Below, piece by piece: positions 52,546-64,000 of a stretch of DNA of 64,000 nt; the first letter of the stretch is position 1, and every line of letters begins with the position of its first letter. Made by a program: the position numbers and the translations under genes. The DNA comes from Eledone cirrhosa (Eukaryota), in NCBI GenBank assembly GCA_964016885.1, contig OZ024743.1, forward strand, positions 267,282,001-267,346,000, in the 5' to 3' direction. Below the pieces are notes generated by a model that was not told the DNA's origin, made no database searches, and saw nothing but the letters and a program-made list of their open reading frames with translations.

Positions 52546-52887
52546 TCTATATACTATTAACACTCTGTGATTGGGGGTTTTTAATTTAAATAAAGCCAAA
52601 ACGGCGCTTAATGGGAAAATACATTTAAAGGAAGTTACCCCTAAATTGGGAATACAAATCCTTACTCACACTAGGCTAATAAACTCTCACCTCTCTCACT
52701 AGGCTAATAAACTCTCTTCCCCACTTTATGACCCACTACATACCTCAAACTCTCTTACAAATACCCCACTCTGACTAGACCACCAAATTCTCTCCCCCTC
52801 TCTGTATTCCCTGTATTTTTAAGTGAACATGATTTTAAACAAATATTTTTTGAGTGAACGTGACCCAACGGGTCACGGTTTGTCTAG
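52546..52887 (+). mobile_element. Non-autonomous Helitron
   Basis: It has a TCTATATACTATTAA 5'-like end, a 3' hairpin cgtgacc-caac-gggtcacg (52859-52877), then CTAG followed by T. The 5' end could instead be at ~52350. Confidence 0.7.
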
Positions 52888-52967
52888 TAAAGATGCTTAT
52901 TCTCTACCAACATATTGAATAACTTCTTTATGTGTGGTCACCTCCCGGCCGCCTTCGGGAATCAACC

Positions 52968-53018
<51 letters not shown>

Positions 53019-53039
53019 AGTGAAGAATAAGAATATATA

Positions 53040-53177
53040 CAGGTAAAATTCAGTATAACTAATTTCTTTCAATCCCCGACCACGCGCGCGTGGTGTTAGG
53101 TCGATCTCGTTATAAAGAATTTTTGTTACAGCGAATTTTTTTCCTCGTGAATTTCGTTATAACGGAATTTCATCCTC
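53040..53177. mobile_element. pogo/Tigger-like MITE remnant
   Basis: Imperfect TIRs (caggtaaaattcagtataac / gttataacggaatttcatcct) with internal GTTATAA repeats, in a TA context. Confidence 0.45.
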
Positions 53178-53224
53178 TCTATATAAATATATGAGTATGT
53201 GTATATATATATATTATCATCATA

Positions 53225-53790
53225 ATCATCATTAAAACCGATTTACGTCCGCTTTATGTTTGTATTCTGTTCAGGTCTTCTTTGGTGTCCAACTCGAACA
53301 GCAGCCCTATAATACTGGAATTTTTTAAAACTTCTTCGCCCGATGCTCATCATGGACATCCCAGCACAGTTTTGACTTCTTCACACTACATCTATTTCCG
53401 CTTATATTCAGTCTCTTTCTGAGCGCATCTATGCTTCACTTTTCACGTATAATAACGTGGCACATCAATCAAAGTTGCTTGCTTCATTTTCCTCCAGCCT
53501 TTGCATTTCTTCCCAATGTATTTCCACGTCTCACAACACTGTTACATCGCCCTCCGTACTCACACATGATACAGCTTGCCTTCTTTTCGTAGAGAGAAAC
53601 CTTTTGCTGTCAACAGAAGTAATAACACTGATCCTTTTCATGCTTTTCTTACTTTAGTTATCAGGCCTTTGATGCAGCCTCCTCCCTAGCTAACTTCATC
53701 ACCTAGGTAGTGGTAGTTATGTCATCAAGTTCCTGTGACTGGAAATGTTTATTTTAATGTGCCCCTTAATAATAATTATCTCTGTGGACC
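53225..53790 (-). mobile_element. Degenerate RTE-clade LINE 3' end
   Basis: The reverse complement reads YHYLGD....GGC...I..V..A*..LL....SLR..GKLY...V....ETW....MQRLEENE...LR..LNI...W..H. It ends in an (ATC)n-like tail. Confidence 0.7.
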
Positions 53791-55238
53791 AGCCACATAC
53801 GTATATAACATTATATATATATATATATATATATATATACGTATGAGACAATTGGGGACCGACGGCTGTGTTTTTGCCCTTTTGATAGCTAAATTCAGAC
53901 TACTCTAGTAATTCAAGTATCGAGTACTCTACTAAATAATGTCTTACTCGTTTTAAACTGGTAAAATTCTGATATGTATATATATATATATATACACACA
54001 CATATGAATGAAATGTCAACTCAACGCAAATGCATGCTACCTAAGGTTTCAAACTTGAAACAGCATAGGACATAGATATTCTATATCTGGTGCTTTAGTT
54101 ATATACACATATATATATATAATTATGTGTGTGTGTTTGTCTATGCGTGCGTGCGTGTGTTTGTGTGTGTGTGAGTGCATGTGTGTGTATTTATATTAAG
54201 AGATTTATATTGTTTCCCCTTCTAGTATGTTTAACGTTCCATCATTCAAGTCTGACAATTGAAGAAATTAATTAAAAAAAGTAGCCACACCAGACGGGTG
54301 AATATCGTAATAACGTGAATACATACACATAACACATACACATAACTACATTCATACCCTCCTACACAAAACATAGAAAGGTACACCTATATGTACATAC
54401 GTCAAAATGTATGCACCATCACTTTCACATACACCTACCACACCAGACGGGTAAATATCCTTGTAACGTTATTATAACACATACATATATACTGACTCAG
54501 ACACACATACATATATACATTTACAGATGCATACACACACATATGCACATGCACTCATATCCCCTCACATAAACATACATATACAGGCATATTTATATAT
54601 TCAAAAACGCAAACAGTCACTCTCGCACACACAAACATATATATATGTATATTCATGCGCGTGTATGTGTCCGTTTGTGTTCGCGTATATAAGTAGACAA
54701 ATACACACACACATACATACACAAAGACACTCACACACAGACACACACATACACACACACACTTACAAACAGACACACACACTCTTAAAAAAAAACACAC
54801 ACACACACATACTCATACACACACACTCACTCACGATGTATAAAAAAGCAATATTATAAAATAAACTAAAAATATAGTTATAGAGTTGATATAATACAAA
54901 ACAACTACAACACCATCAAATATAACCATAACAATACAAACAACAACAAAACTTGCATAAACACTAATAAAAAAATCTCCAACAATATTACGAAAGAAAG
55001 CAAAAAGAAATATTAAAGATATTAATAAAACTATAAAAAAAAAAGCGGAATTTTTTACGACTCATAAATCAAAAATCAGGAAGTTCGTTTGTGTCTCTGT
55101 GTGTTCGTGTGTGTGTATGTTAGTCTGTGTGGTAGTGGTGATGTATGTATGTGTGTGTCTCTATGTCTGTGTGTCTGTGCGCCTCAGTGCGCATACATAT
55201 ATGTGTATGTGTGTGTGTCGTTATATGTGTATATGATT

Positions 55239-55288
55239 TTGTATAATTGTGAGTGCGAGTTTGTGGTTGTTATACTCACACATACACA

Positions 55289-55347
<59 letters not shown>

Positions 55348-55424
55348 ATGTATATATATATATATATATCTATATCTATATATATATATATATATATATT
55401 TATTCATATATATATATGTATTTA

Positions 55425-55472
<48 letters not shown>

Positions 55473-55534
55473 CAAATATAAATACACATATATATGAGTT
55501 TGTATAATTGTGAGTGCGAGTTTGTGGTTGTTAT

Positions 55535-55575
<41 letters not shown>

Positions 55576-55654
55576 CATATACATATAAATGTATATATAC
55601 ATATATATATTTATTCATATATATATATGTATTTATATTTATATATATTTATTC

Positions 55655-55715
<61 letters not shown>

Positions 55716-55770
55716 AATATAAATACACATATATCTGAGTTTGTATAATTGTGAGTGCGAGTTTGTGGGA
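55239..55770. repeat. Microsatellite-containing tandem duplication (~250-bp period, 2+ copies)
   Basis: ttgtataattgtgagtgcgagtttgtgg recurs at 55239, 55500 and 55741, separated by homologous (TA)/(CA) blocks. Confidence 0.8.
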
Positions 55771-56628
55771 TGTTATACACACATGTGAGACTTTGTGCGT
55801 GTACATGAGTCTGTACATGTTTGAGTCTCTGTTTAGTTTGTTGGTGGCGGTGGGTACACCAGTTTTGTACATGTATGTTTTATTATATACGTGTAAGCCT
55901 CTGTGTATGTACGTTTTTGATACTGTACGTGTGTTTCTTAGCGATTATTTGTAATACTGTATTTGTGTATTTATGTGCGTTGAGCGGCGTTTGTCGACTT
56001 GATATGTGTATATGCATGTCTCTTATGATATTGATGGGGTTTGTAGTGGAAGATAAAGAATTTTGGAATAGAGAATTTAATGCAGGCTTTGTTGTTTATA
56101 CTAGTACCAAACTTGGTGGCGGTGGCAGCAATAGAGTTACTGATATATCTCCTAGTATTTTTACGGTTTCTCTTTCTGCTGTTTTGTTTGAGTTAGCGTT
56201 AGCGGTAGTACTAGTATATATACTCGTGTTACCATTGCTGGTGTGTTAATCTTAATGGTTGCGATAGTGGTACTCTAAGGTATATGATGGTAGTATTATT
56301 GCTGTTATATTTTGTGTTAGTGTTAGTACTAGTAATGATATTGTGTTGGAGGTAGTTGTAGCGCTGGTGGTAGTACAGGTGTATATCACGATATCTTTGT
56401 CGCTCTGTGTGTGTATGCATTATTGCTAACTAGTGATGATGTTTCTGCTTATGGTGGTGTTTATAATAATAGTATTGCTCTTGTTGATGCGTTACTTGAC
56501 GTGGTAGTACATGCGTTTGTCGAACAATGTTTTCTTGTGGATTGGGTTGGTTTATAGTTGGCGGTATGGTGGTATTTATGGTGGGGTTGAAGCTAGAAGG
56601 GCTAATGGTGGTGCTGGTGTTGTTTCCC

Positions 56629-56821
56629 CAGACCTGTCAACTCTTCCCGTCCTACAAGGAGATCTCCCACCGCTTTGGGGTGGGTGAGACATATCTTCTC
56701 TTGTGGAAATGAATATAGCTTTCATTATGTAAAATCTCCCCATTTTGCCTCATTTCTTGTAGTTTTGGGGCATCTTTTTTCATGGCACTCCCCGTTTTGG
56801 TTTTTAAATGTTAGCAGGTCT
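56629..56821. mobile_element. Putative MITE (hAT-like TIRs)
   Basis: Terminal inverted repeats are agacctgtcaac / gttagcaggtct. No convincing TSD is visible. Confidence 0.4.
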
Positions 56822-57846
56822 TCTTCTCTGTGAAAGTGATGGTGTTACTAATATTTATAGTGGTATCATTACTGCTGTTGTTGTTCAGCTTAGTCAAAAA
56901 ACAAACGTTGAATCTCAGGCATGCCTGTTGTTATGTCCTTGTTTCCGTGAGTTGGTTGGATTTGAAATGTTTTTTCGTGATTTTGGTAGAAAATGCTGAT
57001 AGCGGTATAACAGTTATTGTTTCGAATCCAGGATGCAGTATGGCCGAAAATATAAGAAGTTTGTTTCGCAATCATACAGACTCGAGTTTGAGCCTATTGC
57101 GTTCTATTTCAGACAAATGAATTTGTAGATCCAAGCCGTGTCTATGAATTTGGTTGAACGAATTTGTTTGCAAGCTCACGGGGTAGACTGTACCTGTAAT
57201 TCAAAAGACCAGTGTTGTCATATTTTGTATTACACTGAATCCCCTTGATAATTACGTTAAGTGTACCGCTGTTTGTGGAATACTCGGCCTCTTGAACTTT
57301 AATTTCACGAGCAGACTGTTCCAGTGATAGAACAAGTGGGACATTCTCCGTTGAAAGAGACGGATGTTTATCTATTGATCCGTTTATGACTTTTGAAAAT
57401 TGTTCTTGCCGTTAAGGTGAGGATATAGTAGTGATAAAGACGTTGGCACGGTGGCCGTGGTTGTAGTGCTCGTAGTGGTGGTGGTATGCTGTCGTTGTAA
57501 TGCTGATGCCGCTGGTGTTATTTTGCTGTTGCAGTGCTGGCGGTGGTGGTGGTATGCTACCGTTGTAGGGCCGGTAATGGTGGTGTGTTGCCGTAGTGTT
57601 TGTGATGGAGATGATTTGCCGTCGCTGGTAGGGAATGAATGAACCGGCTTATAAAGTCGTAGTAATAATAAAAAACAATAAATCTTTCATTGATTGGAAA
57701 GTAATTCAACAGCCAAGATTTCGAAATATGATAAAAGGGCGTGTATAATGGAAATATACTAGAAAAGAATGGAAAAAATAAAAAATAAATAAAATAAGCA
57801 ACAACTACAACTACAAAACAAGATCAAACATTATCGTAGTCCCCCA

Positions 57847-57889
<43 letters not shown>

Positions 57890-57962
57890 AACCAATAAAA
57901 ATAACTTACAAAAAGAAATACAGATATAACTTCGTGTATATATATACACATGTTTATATATA

Positions 57963-58035
<73 letters not shown>

Positions 58036-58072
58036 GCACACACACACAAACCACCCACAAACACAAACACAA

Positions 58073-58139
<67 letters not shown>

Positions 58140-58202
58140 CATATGTACTTTTCGTTTGTTGAATATGCTATTGCAGATGTTGAAGTTGACGCGCTATGTT
58201 AT

Positions 58203-58278
<76 letters not shown>

Positions 58279-58929
58279 TTTATCATCATCATCATCAAAA
58301 GATTAATACTTTTATTGTGTAAATGCAAAATGTATGAATTGGTAAACTGAGGTTGGTCGATGAGTTCATATCCAGTCGAATTGATATTTCAATTGTGCTT
58401 CTCAGTAGATCATTCCAGATTTCATCTTCACGCGATAGATCTATATGTTTCCTAGAAAAAGAAAGAAAAAAAAACAAAAAAAAAACAGACCAATTGCACT
58501 CAGATCAAACTCGTTGTTTTTGTTTAGTTCCATATCATGTCTGATCAAAGACATTACATTTGTAACGATATTTTCATTTTTAGTGTTATCTAGGACTACA
58601 TTGTGAAGGTAAAATACGCTTTCAAGATTCCTGCTATCTTCTTAGACTATCTACTGACGATGTAGCGATCCATTAAACGTAAGATGAAAAAAAAAAAACA
58701 AAAAAAAAACAAGGAGCCTTATGTTGCTTATGTTACTGTTAGGATGGTTTTGATGACATGAATGACATGCCACAGCTGTATTGGGTATAAGTGATAGAAA
58801 AAACAAAAACAAAACAAATGAAACATGACGACGAGCAGCAACTAGGCGGAAAACACCAACACCAGCACTAACACCAGGAACAGGAGAAAGCCGAAACAAG
58901 ACCAGCCTAACTGCTACTACAACCAACTC

Positions 58930-60983
58930 CTTCTTGGTTGTCCATCGTAAAGGATGATGGCAACTTCTTTATTTTAGTTCTCGTCTGCCATGGGCACGAA
59001 GGTGGCTGTGGAGGCTGATCCTTGACTTGCAGGTCCGGGGTCAGTGGGGGCTGGGGAAGAGACGGGAGTCGCTTAGGGAAACTGTTGATGCCTTTCTCCT
59101 CCTTTCACGGGCCTCAGTGACCTCTGCCCGTCTCTTCAAAAGAGTCTTTGGCGCGTCTGGTAAGGGCTCGCCACTCAGTACTGTCCTGAGCATGAGACTC
59201 GAGTTGTTTTGGCGCGATTCCAGTGTCGTTGATACTGGACTTCACGCAGTCTTTAAACCTCTTGAGAGGCCTGCCCCGCTTTCGTTTCCCCTAAGAGAAT
59301 TCCCCATACATCAGTTGCTTCGGAAGCCTGTGATCGTCCATCCGGATGACATGTCCCACCCATCGAAGTCGGTCCTTCAGTATCATAGCTTCAACGCTGA
59401 TTGTCTCAGCCATGTCAAGAACTTCGAGGTTGGAGACCTTGTCCTGCCATTTGATGTTCATGATTGACCGCAGGCTGCGCATGTGGCACCATTCTAGTTG
59501 CTCCATGTACCTTCTGTTTAGGGTCCATGTCTCACATCCGTAGAGGAGGCTGGTGATAACAACAGCCCTGTACACCTTGAGCTTGGTGGACTGCCTGATG
59601 TTGTGCTGGTTCAGGACGCGTGTCCTCAGGTGGCCGAGGGCTTGACTGGCCTTGCAGATTCTGGCGTTTATCTCCTCGTCGTGGCTTCCATCGCTGTTGA
59701 TGACACTGCCGAGTTACTTGAAGTCGTCCACCGTTATAGCTGGGTGCCTCCGATGGAGATGGAAGAGGTGTTGGCGACGGAGGCAGGTACAGGCTGGAAC
59801 AGGACTTCAGTCTTGCCAAGGCTAATTGTGAGTGCGAAGAGGCAGAAGGCCTCCGCGAACTTGTTGACGATGACTTGTAGGTCAGACTCCTGTGGGCCAT
59901 GAGGGCACAGTCGTCAACAAAAAGTGCCTCCAGGACGATCCTCTGCACGATACTTGTCTTGGCTGTCAGGCGCCGCAGGTCAAACATGGAGCTGTCTAGT
60001 ATGTATCGCAGATACACTCCGTCCTCGAGGTCCCTGACGGCATGATTAAGCACGCAGGTGAAGAACATGTTGAACTGGTTGAAGAGGACGGGAGACAGCA
60101 CGCATCCTTGCTTGACTTCGTTGGTGATTCCGAACGGCTCCGATGTCTCTCCGCCCAAGGGCACCTGCCCGGTCATTTCGTCATGGAATTGCCGTATCAG
60201 GTTCACCAACTTTGTCGGGCATCCAAACTTCGACAGGATCGACCAGAGGGCCTCCCTGTTGACAGTGTCGAACGCCTTCGTCCAGTCTATGAAGACGACC
60301 AAGAGGTCCATGTTCTGTTCGACACACCTCTCCTGCACCTGGCGTACAGAGAACGTCATGTCGATCGTGCTGCGGTTTGGGCGGAACCCACATTGGGCCT
60401 CAGGCAGGTTGTCCTCCAAGATGTTGGCAATGAGGCGGTTGAGCATGACCCGAGCTGACCTTCCCCGCGATGGACAGGAGAGAAATGCCCCGATAGTTGC
60501 CACAGTCAGTTTTGCTGCCTCTGTTCTTAAAAAGCGAGACAACTCTGGCATCCCTGAAGTCTTTGGGCACCTCTCTTCCTCCCATATGCTGACGAGGAGG
60601 GTGTGGAAGACTCCCAGGGCAGATGGACCGGCCGACTTGACGATCTCGGCAGGAATCCCGTCCTTCCCAGGGGCTTTTCCTGAACAGGTCTGGTTGATTG
60701 CCTTCGTGACTTCATGCAACGTTGGGGGGAGGTCGCGGTTGCCGTCCAGGGGCTTTTGTGGGACCTGGTCGATGGCGGCAGGGTCGACAGTGGAGGGTCT
60801 GTCGAGCAGGTTGCTGAAGTGCTGTCTCCACCACGAGTTGATGCTGCTCTTCTCCTTCAGCAGGATCGAGCCGTATGCAGACAGCAGCGGTGTGGTGACA
60901 GGCTTGGGGGGCCCGTACACGTCCCCGATGGCGCTGAAGAACATATTGGAGTTCTTTGTGTCAGCCTATCTCTCAACTTCTTC
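58930..60983 (-). mobile_element. RTE-clade LINE, RT region and 3' end, frameshifted
   Basis: Motifs are KAPGKDGIPAE, NYRGISLLS, QCGFR, FID..KAFDTV, VKQGCVLSP, LFVDDCAL, LLYGCETW and LRWVGHV.RM...RLPK. Confidence 0.92.
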
Positions 60984-61125
60984 GGTCGAAACAAACATAA
61001 TACAAAGAAGAACTTGATTCTTGGCGCATGGAATGTGCGCACCCTCATAGATAGAGAGAAAAACTGCCCTCATAGCAAGGGAATTAGCTCGCTACCAGAT
61101 AGACATAGCCGCCCTCAACGAGACT
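60983..61125 (+). mobile_element. Inverted 5' piece of an RTE element (APE N-terminus)
   Basis: It reads GRNK..LILGAWNVRTL..TALIARELARYQIDIAALNET and directly abuts the minus-strand RTE body. Confidence 0.8.
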
Positions 61126-62689
61126 ATCATAGACAACAAAGACAATTAAATAGCAATACCACCACAACCCTCCCCCCACCATACACACACACATACACAA
61201 ACCCATAACCATCAACAACGACAACAAAACGAATAATAGTAAAAAAATAAAATATAGATGATAATACCTCGACTACTCACACTATCAACAACGTTTCATC
61301 TTGATTTACTTAATCCTACAGCCGGGACGAGAAATGTGCCTCTCCGGATTCAATGACTAATGAGGGTAGTGTATCGCTGATTGGGGTCTAGCTATTGAAC
61401 CACTATACTTAAAGGGTCCCAAATTAATTATTAAGCTACCATAAATAATATATTAATATGGCGTAATGTCCCCTCGAAATGTCACTCGCCCATGCTCAGG
61501 ATCTTCAGGCAATGTTGTATTGCAATCGAATATTGCCCAATATGAATAGTCATGACAAATGAAAAAATCTCACTCTGCACAACAACGGTTTCTAATTTAG
61601 GCACAAAGCCAGCAATTTGGAGAGAAGGGAAATTAACGATGTATTCTAAATCAGAGACAAGGTCAGCATTTTAGGGGTAGGTGTAAGTAATGGCGCATTT
61701 AAATTTATGCTCATAATCAGCAAATTGCGGGAGGGGAAAAGTTATGATGTATATAACTCAGTACTAGACTGGTACTACATTCTATCGACATAGGTAAAAA
61801 GAAAAGCAATTTTTCTTTGGCAAGTTTGTATGGAGCGGTAACTGAGTCAGCAAATGTTTTAGAAAAGGCAGTACAATATTAGAAATAAATGAGTTGAAAT
61901 AACGTGAAGTGAAACAAAACAATATTTTTCTTTTTTACATTTTATTTAGTTGATATTTCAGGGTAAACAACAAATTTTCATAGAGTGTGATGGTAGTGGC
62001 GGCGATAAAGAGTCCTTTGCGCATGAATGATAGAAAACATTACTCTCGAATCTGTTCCTATTGGAGTTGTTGAAGCGCATGTTATGGTTATATATGTCTT
62101 ACCATGCAGGTTGTTATTCTCCTGCGGTAAATATTTACTACAAATTGAACTACTTAGTCACGAGATAAAAGACATTGATTTGGATATAACACACTTTAAA
62201 CTGGTAATACAAATTGTCACTGCTGCAAATCAGTGTTATTCTGTCTAAATGACAACTGCACAAATATAATATGTGGTGGAATGTGTTAACATTAGCAATA
62301 TAAAGATGCAAGACTACTCTGCAGAGCTGTTCTGCTAGAAAATAGGTCACATAGATAGAACATGAGCTAATGGTTAGTTGAGATATAAGTGGGCTCCCGC
62401 TGGACATATAAGCAACGCCGCAACAACACCAGTAAACTACTAAGTGTGATGGAATAATGGGTGACACTGTTACCTCCCGAGAAACCCACTCTAAAAATCC
62501 TGTGATGTAGCTACAATGAGGCGAGTAAAAGCCGCCTCTTAAAAGCGTCATTTTTGCGAATTACATGACAAAAACATTGCAATATGGCCAGAACACTAAA
62601 GGCATCCATACAACATCATCTTTTGCACGTGATAACAAGGGACGCTTTCAAGAACTGCCGATTGGTTTGTGAAGTGTCCTGGGATGCGT

Positions 62690-64000
62690 GGGATGGAAGC
62701 ACAAAAGTTACGTATCACAAATAACTTTCACAATTGGTAATTGGAACGTTACAACCTTTACAGGTGAGGAAAAGGATCTAATGGAGGAGTCCAGATACTA
62801 CCGATTAGATAAATCGGGGTTTCTTCTATAGCGTACAGTGTCTCTGGAACTGTAGCAATGATTAGATGGAAACTCCACTATTCAGGCTTGGCACCAGACA
62901 AGATGACTCAGACGGGTGTCGGGATACTCACCAGCCCTCACCTGTCAGCATGTGTTACGGCCAGGATCCCATTGAAAAGAAAGGTCTACTTCTTGAAGTT
63001 TAGGATGAAAAAAGTGCTTTATGTGGAGTGCAAGTTTGTGCGCCAACAGAGAATTCAAATACAGATCCTTCCTTGAATAAATTACTGCAGCGTCAGATGT
63101 AGTTATGACTGAGCATATATCCTTATGGGAGGTTTCTATGCACAGGATGGAACTGACTTCCTGATGGAGAAGGAAATTATTAGAAGGAACAGTGATCCCG
63201 ACCTAAACATGTTTGGAGAGGCGTTATCAAACTTTTGCTCTAGCAATGGGTTCTCTATTATGAACTCCTTTCAGCACAAAAGATCAATACATACATCATG
63301 GTATAAGGGAAATCTGGGACAGAGATCAATAATTGATTTTGTTATTGTCTCTGATCTCTTAGATTCTGTGCTGAATGTTCATGTTAAGCAAGGGACTGAG
63401 CTGAAAACTGATCCCCATCTACTTATCTGAAACAAAGAATATTCACAAATCTTGTAGGTTCAGCTCGAAATACGGGATAAAGTGCGAAGCGTTGGCAGGT
63501 AAATAAGTTTATGTTTACTCTTGTATCCAAATTCAGAGAAATTCCTGAGTAAACTGAGGACATTGAAAGGCAGTGAAGACTTCATCTGATAAATGCTGGG
63601 AGCGAAAAGGTCTTGGTGTGGGACTGGATGGCAGGGGATCCCCTAGTTCTATCAAGTCATCAAAGATGCTGTCAAGGCATACAAGGAGGCTTACAAAGCT
63701 TGGCTTGGAAATAAGTACTCCTTTTTTCACTTGCGGCACAAGCAGGCGCAAAAATTTGTAGCAGAGACACTAAAGACGTCAAAAGTTAAAACACGGAAAG
63801 ACGTTGGGGCTAAGCTGGAATCCAATTTCATATCAACCTATAAAGTGTTTTGACAGCCACTCCGCCGATTTTGTAATAAGAAGTCCTCCCCCACGCTAAC
63901 TCTCAGGAACGCGTTCAGGGTTCTCTTCTCTTCGGAGAGGTGCATCCTCGCATGGTGGAGACAATACTTTGCTGATCTCCTACACTCATTCACAATATCA
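62690..64000 (+). mobile_element. Degenerate RTE-clade LINE 5' region (APE domain), running off the window
   Basis: Motifs are IGNWNVTT, WKLHYSG..GVGIL, MG.F.A..G, N..G..L..FC..NG..IMN, RSIIDFVIV and TDPHL. There are many stops. Confidence 0.8.

Noticed and set aside
57140-57412. ~90-codon stop-free minus-strand frame as a possible host exon
   Set aside because: It overlaps a dispersed SINE-like repeat also present at ~40695 and ~22100, and has no recognisable protein motif.
60058-61017. 319-aa plus-strand ORF
   Set aside because: It is the antisense shadow of the GC-rich RTE RT coding region.

Overview
This is gene-free, AT-rich, microsatellite-dense eukaryotic DNA made almost entirely of transposable elements. 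The repeat landscape suggests an invertebrate, possibly a cephalopod, which is an inference. Positions 1-16.8 kb are a nest of non-LTR retrotransposons in (ATT)n/(TAA)n tracts: three Tx1/L1-clade copies on +, one of them a single nonsense codon from intact, and two R4/Dong-type copies on -. The rest holds Penelope-like element (PLE) fragments, a Helitron with an antisense 23-aa-repeat (STPR-like) region, a Tc1/mariner relic, RTE LINEs, SINEs and MITEs. The main finding is a ~4 kb array (44521-48492) of a near-identical 310-bp non-coding unit, each carrying a minimal type I hammerhead ribozyme. Nine copies lie on - and four on +, joined head-to-head inside a (TA)n tract, as expected for a retrozyme or circular-RNA replicon inserted by priming from both target strands. 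Several unrelated hammerhead families elsewhere in the window also abut (TA)n, two of them as head-to-head pairs. All folds and alignments were done by eye, and no host gene could be supported.
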